Virus record (IMG/VR): IMGVR_UViG_3300036399_001951
Span: 64,001-128,000 of that record
DNA length: 64,000 nucleotides
From: a virus
Reading direction: 5' to 3' (one strand)
The position numbers and the translations under genes were made by a program. This document shows, piece by piece, positions 1 to 10,012 of the stretch. The notes beneath the pieces are model-generated. The model saw only the letters and a list, made by a program, of their open reading frames with translations. It did not search any database and was not told where the DNA came from. Within the stretch, counting starts at the first letter, position 1. Each line of letters opens with the position of its first letter.

Positions 1-1257
1 GAATTTTATCGAGCAATTTTTCCAACAGTAACAGCTGACCCTAACGGTAGAATAATCATAACGTCTACCCCTAATGGTAAAAATAAATTCTGGGAAATAT
101 GGACAGATGCAATAGGCAAAAAATCAAGCTTTTATCCTTTAAGAGTTGACTGGTGGCAGATTGCAGGTCGTGATGAAGAATGGAAAAAAAGGAAAATTGC
201 AGATCTTGGATCAGAAGAAGATTTCAATCAGGAATATGGCCTACAGTTCTATTCTTCAGACAAATTACTTCTAAATTCAAAGGATCTAAGAAAATTAGAT
301 ATTATTAAACAAGGATACGAGAATGTAAATTTAATATTACAGGAGGATCTATTTGATTACAATCAATATATTTTCTTCCATCGAAATTATCTAAATAGAA
401 CAGTCTCAGATTTTAAACAGGATCTAACTAATTATGTATTTAGCATTGATACTGCAGATGGAATCGGAGGAGACTACTCGGTTCTTAATATCTATAAAGC
501 AGTTCCTTTGCCAGTTAGGGAATTGAGTAAAAAGATAAACATTGTAAAAAATGAGGTCGATGCAGTTTCGCTAGTTCAAATTGGATATTTTAGATCTAAT
601 CAAGTTGATATTAACGAATTTTCAGTAGTGTGCGAACATATTATATATGAAATATTCAATACTGATCAAACTAGAATTGTACTGGAATTAAATCACAAGG
701 GGGACATCTTATTAAACCGATTTAAGGAAAATGATAAATATTGGCCCGGACAGATGGTACATACTAAGCATACTCAGGCAGCACTCTCATTTAAACCTGG
801 TCTAAGATTAGGTCCAACTAACAAAATTAAATATTGTGAGAAGTTTAAATATCTAGTTGCAATTGACCGAATTATTCCAAATGATTGGATAACGGTTTCT
901 GAGCTTGGATCTTTTGGAAAATCTAAAGGTGGTTTATATAGAGGACAAAACGGAACAGATGATATGGCAATGACGTCAGTTAACATGTCCTCAATATTTG
1001 AATCGAGTCAATTTTGGGAAATTGCCGTTGAAACCTTTGAGAGAGCACCATCTGAATATCTTAAAGAAGTAGAGGAAAAAATATTTAACGTTCATAGAAA
1101 TAATGGAAAGTCTTCTCTATATGATTATGATGAGATTAGAAGAATGAACACTGATACGTATACAGCAGCAAGTGGTAAAACTATTAAAAGAAACGTATTT
1201 GATATTGAGACCCAAGATCAGATAGAAAAAATAAAAAACAGATTCTTTAAATCTTAA
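1..1257 (+). CDS. terL: Terminase large subunit, T4 gp17-like (5'-truncated by window edge)
   Basis: Frame 1 is open from base 1. It has the ATPase coupling motif IIITSTPNGKNKFW, WWQIAGRDEEW..FNQEY, the nuclease motif SIDTADGIGGDYS and a late DDMAM motif. The ORF-track start at 508 is internal. Confidence 0.93.
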   Translation, partial: EFYRAIFPTVTADPNGRIIITSTPNGKNKFWEIWTDAIGKKSSFYPLRVDWWQIAGRDEEWKKRKIADLGSEEDFNQEYGLQFYSSDKLLLNSKDLRKLDIIKQGYENVNLILQEDLFDYNQYIFFHRNYLNRTVSDFKQDLTNYVFSIDTADGIGGDYSVLNIYKAVPLPVRELSKKINIVKNEVDAVSLVQIGYFRSNQVDINEFSVVCEHIIYEIFNTDQTRIVLELNHKGDILLNRFKENDKYWPGQMVHTKHTQAALSFKPGLRLGPTNKIKYCEKFKYLVAIDRIIPNDWITVSELGSFGKSKGGLYRGQNGTDDMAMTSVNMSSIFESSQFWEIAVETFERAPSEYLKEVEEKIFNVHRNNGKSSLYDYDEIRRMNTDTYTAASGKTIKRNVFDIETQDQIEKIKNRFFKS

Positions 1258-1300
1258 TTAGGATTGTGGTATAATTAATTTACGATTAATACTGTTCAAC

Positions 1301-1609
1301 ATGAGTAAATTACAATTTCACGGAAAGCTAACGGTAGAACAATTATTTGTTCAATATCGATGGCAAATTTATGATAACATTATAAAATCTATAGAAAATA
1401 ATTATAACGATTCTAAGATTGAAAAAATTGAAATTGTTGAAATTAGTACAGGTGATACTAAATATCCCATAATTTTATCTAGAGATAAATTCGTAGAATG
1501 GCTAAATCGGTGCATTGAATTCTTCGAAGAGTTAGAGGAGTATGAAAAGTGTCAAACTTGTATAAATATCATTCGTGATATAAATAAAAATAATGTAAAA
1601 GCTAACTAA
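1301..1609 (+). CDS. Hypothetical protein with C-terminal UVR-like helix (FFEELEEYEKC)
   Basis: ORF after a GTATAA box at 1269; motif shared with 52798..53124. Confidence 0.6.
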   Translation: MSKLQFHGKLTVEQLFVQYRWQIYDNIIKSIENNYNDSKIEKIEIVEISTGDTKYPIILSRDKFVEWLNRCIEFFEELEEYEKCQTCINIIRDINKNNVKAN

Positions 1610-1613
1610 AAAC

Positions 1614-2243
1614 ATGGGATTTGAAACAACTAACCAACAAGCAAATGAAAGAATTAATTACATTGCATCGAAATTTCAAGATTGTTCGATAACTGAAAGA
1701 CAAAAGAATGAGCTTGTCGAATTAATTTATCCAAAATTAAAGTATTTTGTGTGGACCTTTTGTAGAAATGATGATGATACAGTAGAGGCTCTTCAGTGGT
1801 CTTTAAAAAAAATATTTAAAAATATAGATAAATTTGATTTTAATAAGGCCAAGTTTACAACTTGGATTTATACAATTACTCGTAACGAGACCCTTTTTTA
1901 TCTCTACAAAAAGAATCAGCATCCTACTGTGAGCCTAGAATATATGGGCAGCGGTGGAGATATTTCAATTGAATATGACTCAGACGGAGTTCAGTCCGAA
2001 ATAGACCATCTGTATTCTGAGACAGTATCGGCAATAAATCAAATCGAAGACTCTACTCTTAGAAATATAGCAATTGATAAGATGATAAAGAATGAAAAGA
2101 TTAAGGAGATATCTGTAAAATACGATATAAACGAAAATACAGTTAAAACCAAGCTTAGGAAAATTAGAATTGACGTAAGGGATAACGTACTTTTAAAGAA
2201 TCCTGAATTTAAAGAAACACTAAACCATATATTTGACATATGA
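1614..2243 (+). CDS. RNA polymerase sigma-70 factor, ECF type
   Basis: Region 2 (KIFKNIDKFD..KFTTWIYTITRN) and region 4 HTH (IKEISVKYDINENTVKTKLRK). Confidence 0.88.
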   Translation: MGFETTNQQANERINYIASKFQDCSITERQKNELVELIYPKLKYFVWTFCRNDDDTVEALQWSLKKIFKNIDKFDFNKAKFTTWIYTITRNETLFYLYKKNQHPTVSLEYMGSGGDISIEYDSDGVQSEIDHLYSETVSAINQIEDSTLRNIAIDKMIKNEKIKEISVKYDINENTVKTKLRKIRIDVRDNVLLKNPEFKETLNHIFDI

Positions 2244-2704
2244 AAATTAAAGACTACATTTATCCTTCTCGAGTTTTAAATAGATATCGAGAATATTCTA
2301 AAATCAGAAAATATAGAAAGATCTATATCAAGATTGTAGATAATCTTGAAAGCACAGGTAAACTCCAAGAAATGGGAATTACTCGCCAAAATAAATTTCT
2401 TCTTTTAGGAATTAATTTAAACGAGCAGATTTTAACTTATGATGAACTTACAATTGAACCTGCAGAATTAAGATATGTGGGAGATAAGCTTAAAAAGTAT
2501 ACTGATTTTTTGCAAAAAGAAGGCATATTGGATTCAATTTTTGTAGATTATGAAAGAGTCAAAACTGAAGATTACTATGGATATATCATTCAAATAAAAT
2601 TTGAAGATAGAAAATATAACCAGAGAGATTATATCTATAGCGTATCATATCTTTTTGGAATTCCAACCTTAATAATAGGTTCTTTAGCTCTCATTTTTAT
2701 TTAA
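2240..2704 (+). CDS. Hypothetical protein, C-terminal TM helix
   Basis: ATGA overlap with the sigma gene; hydrophobic C-terminus. Confidence 0.6.
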   Translation: MKIKDYIYPSRVLNRYREYSKIRKYRKIYIKIVDNLESTGKLQEMGITRQNKFLLLGINLNEQILTYDELTIEPAELRYVGDKLKKYTDFLQKEGILDSIFVDYERVKTEDYYGYIIQIKFEDRKYNQRDYIYSVSYLFGIPTLIIGSLALIFI

Positions 2705-2745
2705 CTTCTTTTATTTTTTTAAAATAAATAATAAAAAGAACTCAT

Positions 2746-3057
2746 ATGAACATCAAAGAATTTATTAATAAATGGGTATGGCAGATCTTAGCTGCCCTAT
2801 TTTTTCTATTATATTTAGGAAAAGGGTGCACCAGTAGCAAAGTATCTAAAATAGAAGACAAATCAGATAGATTAGAAGCAAAGATTGATTCCCTATCTAC
2901 TGTTGTTTCTAACTTAGATAAGAAAACTTCCTCTCAAAAGGAAATAAAAGACGCACTTGAATTGGTAATGCTAGACTACCTGATATATGAAGATGATTTA
3001 GATAAAGGAAAAACTAGTCTATCTAAAATAAAAGATAAAATAGAATCAAATGATTAA
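2746..3057 (+). CDS. Membrane-anchored coiled-coil protein (possible lipoprotein/spanin-like)
   Basis: N-terminal hydrophobic segment ending LGKGC, then coiled coil; TAAATA upstream. Confidence 0.5.
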   Translation: MNIKEFINKWVWQILAALFFLLYLGKGCTSSKVSKIEDKSDRLEAKIDSLSTVVSNLDKKTSSQKEIKDALELVMLDYLIYEDDLDKGKTSLSKIKDKIESND

Positions 3058-3685
3058 TTGGTTAAAAAGAAATAAGAATCTAATAATTCAAAATTCATTT
3101 TTGCTTCCAATATTGTTGGTAGTAATTATGTCAATTAGCCATGTAGTTAGCTGGTATGATTTAGGTAATCCTATAAGCTGGGCAATCTATCTCTCTATTG
3201 CAATAGAAATTTTTGCATTAGCTTCAGTTTCAGCAGCAACTATAAAGATAAATCGCGCCTCAATTTGGTTTCTATTTGGCCTAGTGACTTGCATTCAAAT
3301 CATAGGAAACATCTTCTTTGAATACAAAGATATAAATGTAAACGGTCAAGATTTCCTATCCTGGGTTGAATTAATAAAGCCATTTTTTGAAGACTGGGAT
3401 AATACTGATCATCGAAGACTATTGGCAATAATTCAAGGAGGTACTCTTCCGATGATGTCGCTTACTGCCCTTCACTATTACATTAAATTTACCGATCAGA
3501 TTTTAGAATCAAATAGTAAGGATCCAGATGATACAGAAGAGGATTTAGCACAGGTAGATACACCTACAGATATAGAACCTGAAGATTATTCAAATGATGA
3601 AGATAAAATTGAAAAAAATATTCAACCCGAGCCTATATTTAAGGCCGGAAGAGTAAATCCTAAATTTGCTAGGCTTAAAAAATAA
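3050..3685 (+). CDS. Multi-pass membrane protein
   Basis: 3-4 hydrophobic helices followed by an acidic tail. Confidence 0.65.
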   Translation: MINWLKRNKNLIIQNSFLLPILLVVIMSISHVVSWYDLGNPISWAIYLSIAIEIFALASVSAATIKINRASIWFLFGLVTCIQIIGNIFFEYKDINVNGQDFLSWVELIKPFFEDWDNTDHRRLLAIIQGGTLPMMSLTALHYYIKFTDQILESNSKDPDDTEEDLAQVDTPTDIEPEDYSNDEDKIEKNIQPEPIFKAGRVNPKFARLKK

Positions 3686-3697
3686 TAAATAATACAG

Positions 3698-4228
3698 ATG
3701 CTACCCTTAATAAACAATATATGCGATTGCTGTGATAATAATCAATCAATCCTACAATTATTTGAAGATAAATGTCTCAAAATAGTAGAAGGGGCAAATA
3801 TTGTCGGGTCGTTCTGTATTAACGATTTTGCGTTTCCAGTAGATAGTCATTCTTGTATAAATTATAACCTAAGTTCAGGAGAAGAATATACTATGTTTGA
3901 CAATGGAATATTAACGACAGGATCTCCATCACTAGATTTAATATCTGGAAATCTATATGTTAGAGGAATAATGATTAAAATTGTCTATCCTACTAACGAT
4001 GATAATGGTGAAGAAATTTCTATCGTGGATAAGAATGTTGAATTATGGATCGAAGATGCCGAAACTTTAGAATATAAAAGATATTATTTATACAATCTAT
4101 TTACTATGTTTACGAATCCTAAATCAAATGATCCAAAGACTTTAATAAATAAAATAAAAGTAATTAATCCGAATGCTGATTATAAGATTAAATTAATTGG
4201 ATTAATTACTTATGGAAAAGCCCAATAA
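3698..4228 (+). CDS. Hypothetical late protein
   Basis: ORF with TAAATA at about 3686. Confidence 0.6.
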   Translation: MLPLINNICDCCDNNQSILQLFEDKCLKIVEGANIVGSFCINDFAFPVDSHSCINYNLSSGEEYTMFDNGILTTGSPSLDLISGNLYVRGIMIKIVYPTNDDNGEEISIVDKNVELWIEDAETLEYKRYYLYNLFTMFTNPKSNDPKTLINKIKVINPNADYKIKLIGLITYGKAQ

Positions 4229-4240
4229 ATTAATAGATAT

Positions 4241-4669
4241 ATGAACACTAATATCCCTACAGAAATTTTTGAAATACACCCAGCATCATCTGCCAGTCCA
4301 GAATTGTCATATGGTCCAGTTTGGATTAGCACTGATCGCAGAGAGCAGGATCCTAACAAAACTACCCTCAAGTACTCTCAAATAGGAGGACCTAAGGCAT
4401 CCGATAAGATCGGAAATGCACATGGACCTATTTTTAGAATAGAGGTATTAAGCGCAACTGCTTCCTATATCAAGGTTTGGGGATTAGACAATGACGATAT
4501 TAATGCTCCGGTATATCCAATTACTAGATTTACAGCAGCAGGAGCCAGTCCATATCTAGATATATGGCTTAAGAAATTTGAATTCACTAATTCCGCAGGT
4601 GATCCGGTTTCTCCTGGAACTTATAAAGTAATTGGTCATAGAAAAAGAAACTATCCTGCAGTATTCTAA
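4241..4669 (+). CDS. Hypothetical late protein
   Basis: ORF in the co-directional late cluster. Confidence 0.6.
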   Translation: MNTNIPTEIFEIHPASSASPELSYGPVWISTDRREQDPNKTTLKYSQIGGPKASDKIGNAHGPIFRIEVLSATASYIKVWGLDNDDINAPVYPITRFTAAGASPYLDIWLKKFEFTNSAGDPVSPGTYKVIGHRKRNYPAVF

Positions 4670-5139
4670 TGAAGAGACTAAATGAACAGAGCAGCACTGT
4701 AACTGGGTTCCAAAGTAGGGACTACATGAGAGGCCTGCCGTTCTATGGTCAAAAGGGAGATTTTAATTTCGTTACCGGTCGAAGCCAATTTACCCCAGGA
4801 GTATCAATTAAGCAAGTTCCATTAAGCGATATGTCTAGGAGCGGTGATCCTGGAGTGAGCGAGTTTGATCGAAATGTAAATATCATAAGATACAATTATA
4901 AACCAGGAGACAGGGTCAGGGGAATTCTAGTGAATTCTCAAATTAAAAATAAAGGAGGAAAAATGGTAGTCGGTAGACTATTAGAAGTAAAGGTAGACCG
5001 TAGAAATAACACAATCAAAGCCTTTATAAAAGATCCTAAGACTCTACAAAAGAAAGAAATCTATATCGATACGATGGAGCGCTTATATGAATCTAATTCA
5101 TTTAAAGCAATGACGTTCGCTCAGTTTATTGGATCTTAA
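4669..5139 (+). CDS. Hypothetical virion-associated protein (SH3-like core)
   Basis: MKRLNE leader, PGDRVRG beta-barrel pattern, C-terminal YES..MTFAQF. Confidence 0.55.
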   Translation: MKRLNEQSSTVTGFQSRDYMRGLPFYGQKGDFNFVTGRSQFTPGVSIKQVPLSDMSRSGDPGVSEFDRNVNIIRYNYKPGDRVRGILVNSQIKNKGGKMVVGRLLEVKVDRRNNTIKAFIKDPKTLQKKEIYIDTMERLYESNSFKAMTFAQFIGS

Positions 5140-5206
5140 TCTAGCAAAATATATTAATTGCAAAACCTTTTTATTTTTTTTTATATAAAATAAAAAAGAT
5201 CATCCT

Positions 5207-6244
5207 ATGGAAATAAATGAAATTGACGAATCAGAAGCTCAACAATATTTAGATGAGATTGATAAAGCGAGTGGAGTAAACAATTATAAGGAAAAATTAC
5301 AAACGATTGAGCCCGTTTCTGAAGATAGTACTCAAGTTGAAACACCATTACCAAAGCAGACTTCTCTTGGAAAAGCAAGAGGATTTGAGGAAATTAGCTT
5401 AAGTGCAAGCGAAGAATCTCCTTGGAAAATATTAAATCTTGAAACTTTACCATCTAATGGAATGTTTTATCCAGCTAGGGTAGAGATATTGATTAGATCT
5501 GCTAAAACCAAAGAAATCAGACACTGGTCTACTATGGATGACTATGATCCGGTTGATATAGATGAAAAGATAAATTTTATCCTAAATTCGTGCACCCGAA
5601 TTAAAATCCCAGGAGATCCAGCTCAATTTACATATAACGATATTTTACTAATTGATAGATATCACATCCTATTTAGGATATATGAATTGACTTTTCCAAA
5701 TCAAGAAAATAAATTAATGGCAAATATTAAATGCCAAGATAATAAATGTGGATTTGTAAATAAGGTTCAAGTATTGAGTAGAAATTTAAAAGGATTTGAA
5801 TTACCTGGAGAATACTTTAAATGGTATAATGAAGATGAAAGATGTTTTGTTATACCTTCTGAAAAACTACAAGAGACTCTTAAATTCTATATGCCGACAA
5901 TCGGAGTAAATACCAAAATCAGACAGCGTAGAGAGTTTGAAATTAATTCTGGACAGGAGAAAGATCCTTCATTTTATGATATTGCTCCCTATTTAATTGT
6001 AAATTGGAAAGCAGCAAATACTCAAAACCTAGGAGAATTTAAAATTAGCATGGAAGGCTGGTCAAGCGCTAAATTTAGCGCAATCTATAGATTTGTAAAA
6101 GACATGAAGGATACGTCTACAAATAAAGTTCTATGTACATGTGAAAAATGTAAAGAAAGAACGGAGAGCTCGATTTTTTTGGGAGGAAGCTTCACTGTCA
6201 AAGATATTTTCATTATTTCAGCTAGATTTGATGAACTTATTTAA
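5207..6244 (+). CDS. Baseplate hub assembly protein, T4 gp26-like
   Basis: LPSNGMFY..IRSAKTKE pattern, DRYHILFRIYELT, two Cys pairs; followed by a gp51-like ORF. Confidence 0.65.
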   Translation: MEINEIDESEAQQYLDEIDKASGVNNYKEKLQTIEPVSEDSTQVETPLPKQTSLGKARGFEEISLSASEESPWKILNLETLPSNGMFYPARVEILIRSAKTKEIRHWSTMDDYDPVDIDEKINFILNSCTRIKIPGDPAQFTYNDILLIDRYHILFRIYELTFPNQENKLMANIKCQDNKCGFVNKVQVLSRNLKGFELPGEYFKWYNEDERCFVIPSEKLQETLKFYMPTIGVNTKIRQRREFEINSGQEKDPSFYDIAPYLIVNWKAANTQNLGEFKISMEGWSSAKFSAIYRFVKDMKDTSTNKVLCTCEKCKERTESSIFLGGSFTVKDIFIISARFDELI

Positions 6245-6446
6245 GCTTAATAAAGACTTGGCGGTGAAGCTTAATCAATCCTTAGATACTCTTTATAATT
6301 TAGAATATATGGAATATTCTCTCTTAGTTAATATAATTAACGAGGAGACAGAGGAACAAAATAAAGAAATAGATATGCAGAATCAAATTAATTCACAGGG
6401 CGGCAGTTATCAGGTCGGACTGCCTTCTCATTTGAAACCTAAATAA
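6231..6446 (+). CDS. Small baseplate assembly protein, T4 gp51-like
   Basis: MNLFKLNKDLAVKLNQSLDTLYNLEYMEYSLLVNII; size and position match gp51. Start moved from 6141 to the ATG at 6231. Confidence 0.55.
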   Translation: MNLFKLNKDLAVKLNQSLDTLYNLEYMEYSLLVNIINEETEEQNKEIDMQNQINSQGGSYQVGLPSHLKPK

Positions 6447-6471
6447 ATAATAAAAAGAACTTTTAATTAAG

Positions 6472-8982
6472 ATGAGTACAGAGGCTGAGTTAAAGAAATT
6501 ATTAGCAGGTGATTTTAACGAGTATGTTCAAAAATATATTGCTAACTTTGGAACTATTTCAGGATCGGCTAAAAACATAGAAGACCCGGACCCTCAAGCC
6601 CGAAAGAACATTAAGTTTCTTTATCCTAAAATCGACGCATCTGACTCGGATCCAAACACGGGAGCTAGCTCCCCTGTATTAGATAAGATCTTTCCTAAAC
6701 CTGCCGACCCAAATATGTTCGCGTTGGCGCATGATAAGTCTCTTAAAAATTTAAGAGATGGCGTAAAAGGAACTCCAACCACTGCATACGTATACGAACA
6801 ACCAGGATGGAAGCAGTATTTTGATTCATTGTCAATGGCCAGACAGTTTGGATACGAAGCTATATTTCTCTCAATTGGACTATCTAACTATATAATGAGT
6901 CTGGATGAGTATAAGCAATATGTAGAAGATCTTAAGTCGAGTCCCAATTATGGCCAGGCCGTCGTGCAGGAACTTATTGATAATGGATGGTTGACTGCTC
7001 CATCTCAGTATGGAGACGGGGCAATAACCCCTAAAGGTAAAGCAGTTCCTATTGAAACGAGAAAAGAGCAGATTAGAAAAGTAGCTCAGGCCCTGTGGCA
7101 TTGGCAAAATTCAAAGAAGATCATGGCATTCATTGATAGTTATAGATGGTTTCCTTATAAAAAGCCAGATAAATTAAAGAAGAGTGACGATGCGAATAAT
7201 AAAGATCGAATAGCTGCATATAAAGATGATGTTAATATAATCAGTTCAACTGATGCGAACGCATACGGTAAAGTAGATGCATCTGGGCAAATTCCCACAG
7301 TAGATTCAAAATTTGAAGCTAGATATAGTAGAAAGATATTCACCATTCTACAAGACATTCTATATAGCACTGAGCTTGAATTAAAAAAGATTAACCCTGA
7401 ATATAGCGGAAATCTATTTGAAGAGTTAGTAGAAGGGGATAAAATACTTCGAAGAAAAAGAGCACTAGATTCTCTATTAAAGAATGGTGAGCTTGATCCA
7501 GATTTATTTGAAAAAAAGGTATGGGAGGCTCAAATTGAAGCATCATACCGTAAATTTATTGAACACTCTGAAAAAGGAAGTATAAAGGGATATAAAAAAG
7601 ATAAAAACGGAGAATTTGAGCGGGACAAAGACACTGGCGCATTAATACTAATTGACTTTACCCCTGCCCAATATATAGAACAAATTCTATCTGGAAGCAG
7701 TGAATCTTTTATTGCTGCTCTTAATAGTATAAAAATATCACCTAAATATAGAGCATGGAGAACTGACCCTGGGGGTCTACCTGCTGTGCTATTTGTATGG
7801 GAACCAGATCCTGAAATTTTAAGAGGAATATTTATTCTTAAAGCATATGCTGGTGATCCAGATAAAATCAACAGTATTATATATCCAAAGACTCCTCTTG
7901 CTGATGTAGATGCACCTAAATCTGAAGGTGGAGTAATTAGAAAAATATTTGGAGAAAAAGTAGGCTTTAAATCTGGAGAACCAAGCGTGTCTACTTCAGG
8001 TGGATTTCTTTTGACTCCAGAACAAAGAAAAGAATTGAAAGAGGAGAGAAAACAGGCGAGAGTAGAGAAAAGAGAAGAAAGAGAAAATAAAAAAGACGGA
8101 GCTAGTGTAGGGTCTGGATCTAATTCAGTTGGTGTATTTGAAGCCAAGGCAGGATCCCCTGAGCCTGAATCATCTTCTGTAGTAGGTGGAGCTACAAATA
8201 TTACTAATATTAATAATCAAGAAATAACAGCTAATGATCAAAATAAGACTATTAATGAAGGATCTAATGTATTAAATTCAAAGGACAACACAAATGTAAT
8301 GGTTAAAAATGAGAGCCCAGATTCTTCTGGGTCAGGTGGAAGTGGATCCTCTCAGGTTAATGTTAATACGGCAAACGAAACTAAATCAGTTGCAAATATT
8401 AATAATGCTAGCACTGTCTCAGGTTCAGATAAATCAGTGGATATGTCACAAACAAATCCATCTATATCGAATACCCAAAATGAATTATCAAAGTCAATTA
8501 ATAATTCAAATGTAGGAGGATCTGCAGGTTCAAATCAATCACTGAATACATCAGTTACGAACTCAAATCCTGTGATTTCAAGTTCATCCATTAATAATCA
8601 AAATGAATCTAATATTAATTCCTCAAATATTGCTAATAATATTAAAAATGAGTCTAAGGGATCAGACGTTAAAGTAGACCGAAGTCAGGTTAATGTATCT
8701 AACTTAAAATCCAATAGCGTTAATTCTGAATCATTAACTGCATCTTCTCAAAATCCTCCAATGATAAGCAGAGGGGACGCTAATTCTTCAACAGTAAATA
8801 ATATCACTAGTCAAAATGAAGGAGATCAGACTGCGGGTAATGTGACTAATAATACAGATAATTCAATGTCAAAGACTCCAATTATTCAAAACAATATCGA
8901 TATGTCTGAGATGATTAGTCGACTTAAAAGAATTGAGGAGGCCCTATTGAGTCCACTAGAAGTTAAAATAATAGACGCATAA
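6472..8982 (+). CDS. Large virion protein with Ser/Asn-rich C-half (possible baseplate hub/tape-measure-like)
   Basis: 836 aa, low-complexity S/N tail, follows the gp26/gp51-like genes. Confidence 0.45.
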   Translation: MSTEAELKKLLAGDFNEYVQKYIANFGTISGSAKNIEDPDPQARKNIKFLYPKIDASDSDPNTGASSPVLDKIFPKPADPNMFALAHDKSLKNLRDGVKGTPTTAYVYEQPGWKQYFDSLSMARQFGYEAIFLSIGLSNYIMSLDEYKQYVEDLKSSPNYGQAVVQELIDNGWLTAPSQYGDGAITPKGKAVPIETRKEQIRKVAQALWHWQNSKKIMAFIDSYRWFPYKKPDKLKKSDDANNKDRIAAYKDDVNIISSTDANAYGKVDASGQIPTVDSKFEARYSRKIFTILQDILYSTELELKKINPEYSGNLFEELVEGDKILRRKRALDSLLKNGELDPDLFEKKVWEAQIEASYRKFIEHSEKGSIKGYKKDKNGEFERDKDTGALILIDFTPAQYIEQILSGSSESFIAALNSIKISPKYRAWRTDPGGLPAVLFVWEPDPEILRGIFILKAYAGDPDKINSIIYPKTPLADVDAPKSEGGVIRKIFGEKVGFKSGEPSVSTSGGFLLTPEQRKELKEERKQARVEKREERENKKDGASVGSGSNSVGVFEAKAGSPEPESSSVVGGATNITNINNQEITANDQNKTINEGSNVLNSKDNTNVMVKNESPDSSGSGGSGSSQVNVNTANETKSVANINNASTVSGSDKSVDMSQTNPSISNTQNELSKSINNSNVGGSAGSNQSLNTSVTNSNPVISSSSINNQNESNINSSNIANNIKNESKGSDVKVDRSQVNVSNLKSNSVNSESLTASSQNPPMISRGDANSSTVNNITSQNEGDQTAGNVTNNTDNSMSKTPIIQNNIDMSEMISRLKRIEEALLSPLEVKIIDA

Positions 8983-8983
8983 T

Positions 8984-9232
8984 ATGAATATAAAACCCGA
9001 GCTAATTAGCGAGATGATCCGTTTAAGTAATGAATATAATCACCTTCATTCTCAAATGATGGAATTAGAAACAGAACTTATAAATTTATCTAATAAGAGA
9101 GAAATTTTAAGTTCTAAGTTAAATGATTGTCGATCCCTTGAAAAAGTATTGATAAATAAGATTGAGAAGGATACCAAGCAAACGGTAACCGCTGATCTTT
9201 TAAATAATATATTATTAAATGAAAAATCTTAG
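8984..9232 (+). CDS. Hypothetical coiled-coil protein
   Basis: ORF with heptad pattern. Confidence 0.55.
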   Translation: MNIKPELISEMIRLSNEYNHLHSQMMELETELINLSNKREILSSKLNDCRSLEKVLINKIEKDTKQTVTADLLNNILLNEKS

Positions 9233-10010
9233 AGAAAACTTAACTTTCATTATTATCCTAGTCCTAGTCGCTGTGATTCTATGGATGAGATGGGAAAATC
9301 AATTAGCTCAAAAGAAGCTAATGGAAGAAGTCAATTCAGCGAATCGAGAACTGGTAAAATTAGATAAGCTAAAAAAAGAATCAGACGGGCAATATGCAAA
9401 ACTGGTTAATTATTTTAGTTCTCAACGAGAATTAAATCAACAGCTAGCTGAAGATAATAAAGATCTTAGTAAATTATTAAAAAAGCAGGATGAAAGACTA
9501 CTAATGATTAACAAATCTATTATTTCATTAGAAGGAGCAGTATCTGAAGGTGGAGTCACAGTTGATCCTAAAGATACTTCAATTATCAATCTTTCCCTAA
9601 AATATCCGAGCTCGGAAGAGGCATTTATAAATTGGAATGGTAAGATATTTTCAAAAACCAAATCTTATCTTGGAGAATGGTCATTCGGTAAATTACCTTT
9701 ACAAATCATATTAACTGAAACTAGCAGAGGATTATGGAATTCTAGATTAATTGGACCTAGTTGGTTGAAGGTAGATAGTATGCAAATTAACAGTCTACCA
9801 CCTGATAAAATAGTTTCCGTTGAATATCAAAAAGTAGGATTCCTATTAGGAGGAGGATATTTTAAGTCGTTCTCTCAATCTCAAACCGATGCTTTCTCTA
9901 TTACTGGCGGGGCTTATATTAAAAATCATAATCTATTAGTGAATTTAACTAGCATAGGTCAAGTTGGAGTAAGCTATGTATATAGATTTAATGCTAAAAA
10001 GAAAAAATAA
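9219..10010 (+). CDS. Membrane-anchored protein (N-terminal TM, coiled coil, beta-rich C-terminus; possible spanin-like)
   Basis: FIIILVLVAVILW anchor; C-terminal amphipathic beta strands (VGVSYVYRF). Confidence 0.45.
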   Translation: MKNLRENLTFIIILVLVAVILWMRWENQLAQKKLMEEVNSANRELVKLDKLKKESDGQYAKLVNYFSSQRELNQQLAEDNKDLSKLLKKQDERLLMINKSIISLEGAVSEGGVTVDPKDTSIINLSLKYPSSEEAFINWNGKIFSKTKSYLGEWSFGKLPLQIILTETSRGLWNSRLIGPSWLKVDSMQINSLPPDKIVSVEYQKVGFLLGGGYFKSFSQSQTDAFSITGGAYIKNHNLLVNLTSIGQVGVSYVYRFNAKKKK

Positions 10011-10012
10011 AA

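Noticed and set aside
6141-6244. Programmed frameshift fusing the gp26-like and gp51-like ORFs at the T7 run (about 6174-6180)
   Set aside because: The downstream ORF is in the +1 frame, not the -1 frame expected for tail-chaperone slippage, and it has its own ATG at 6231
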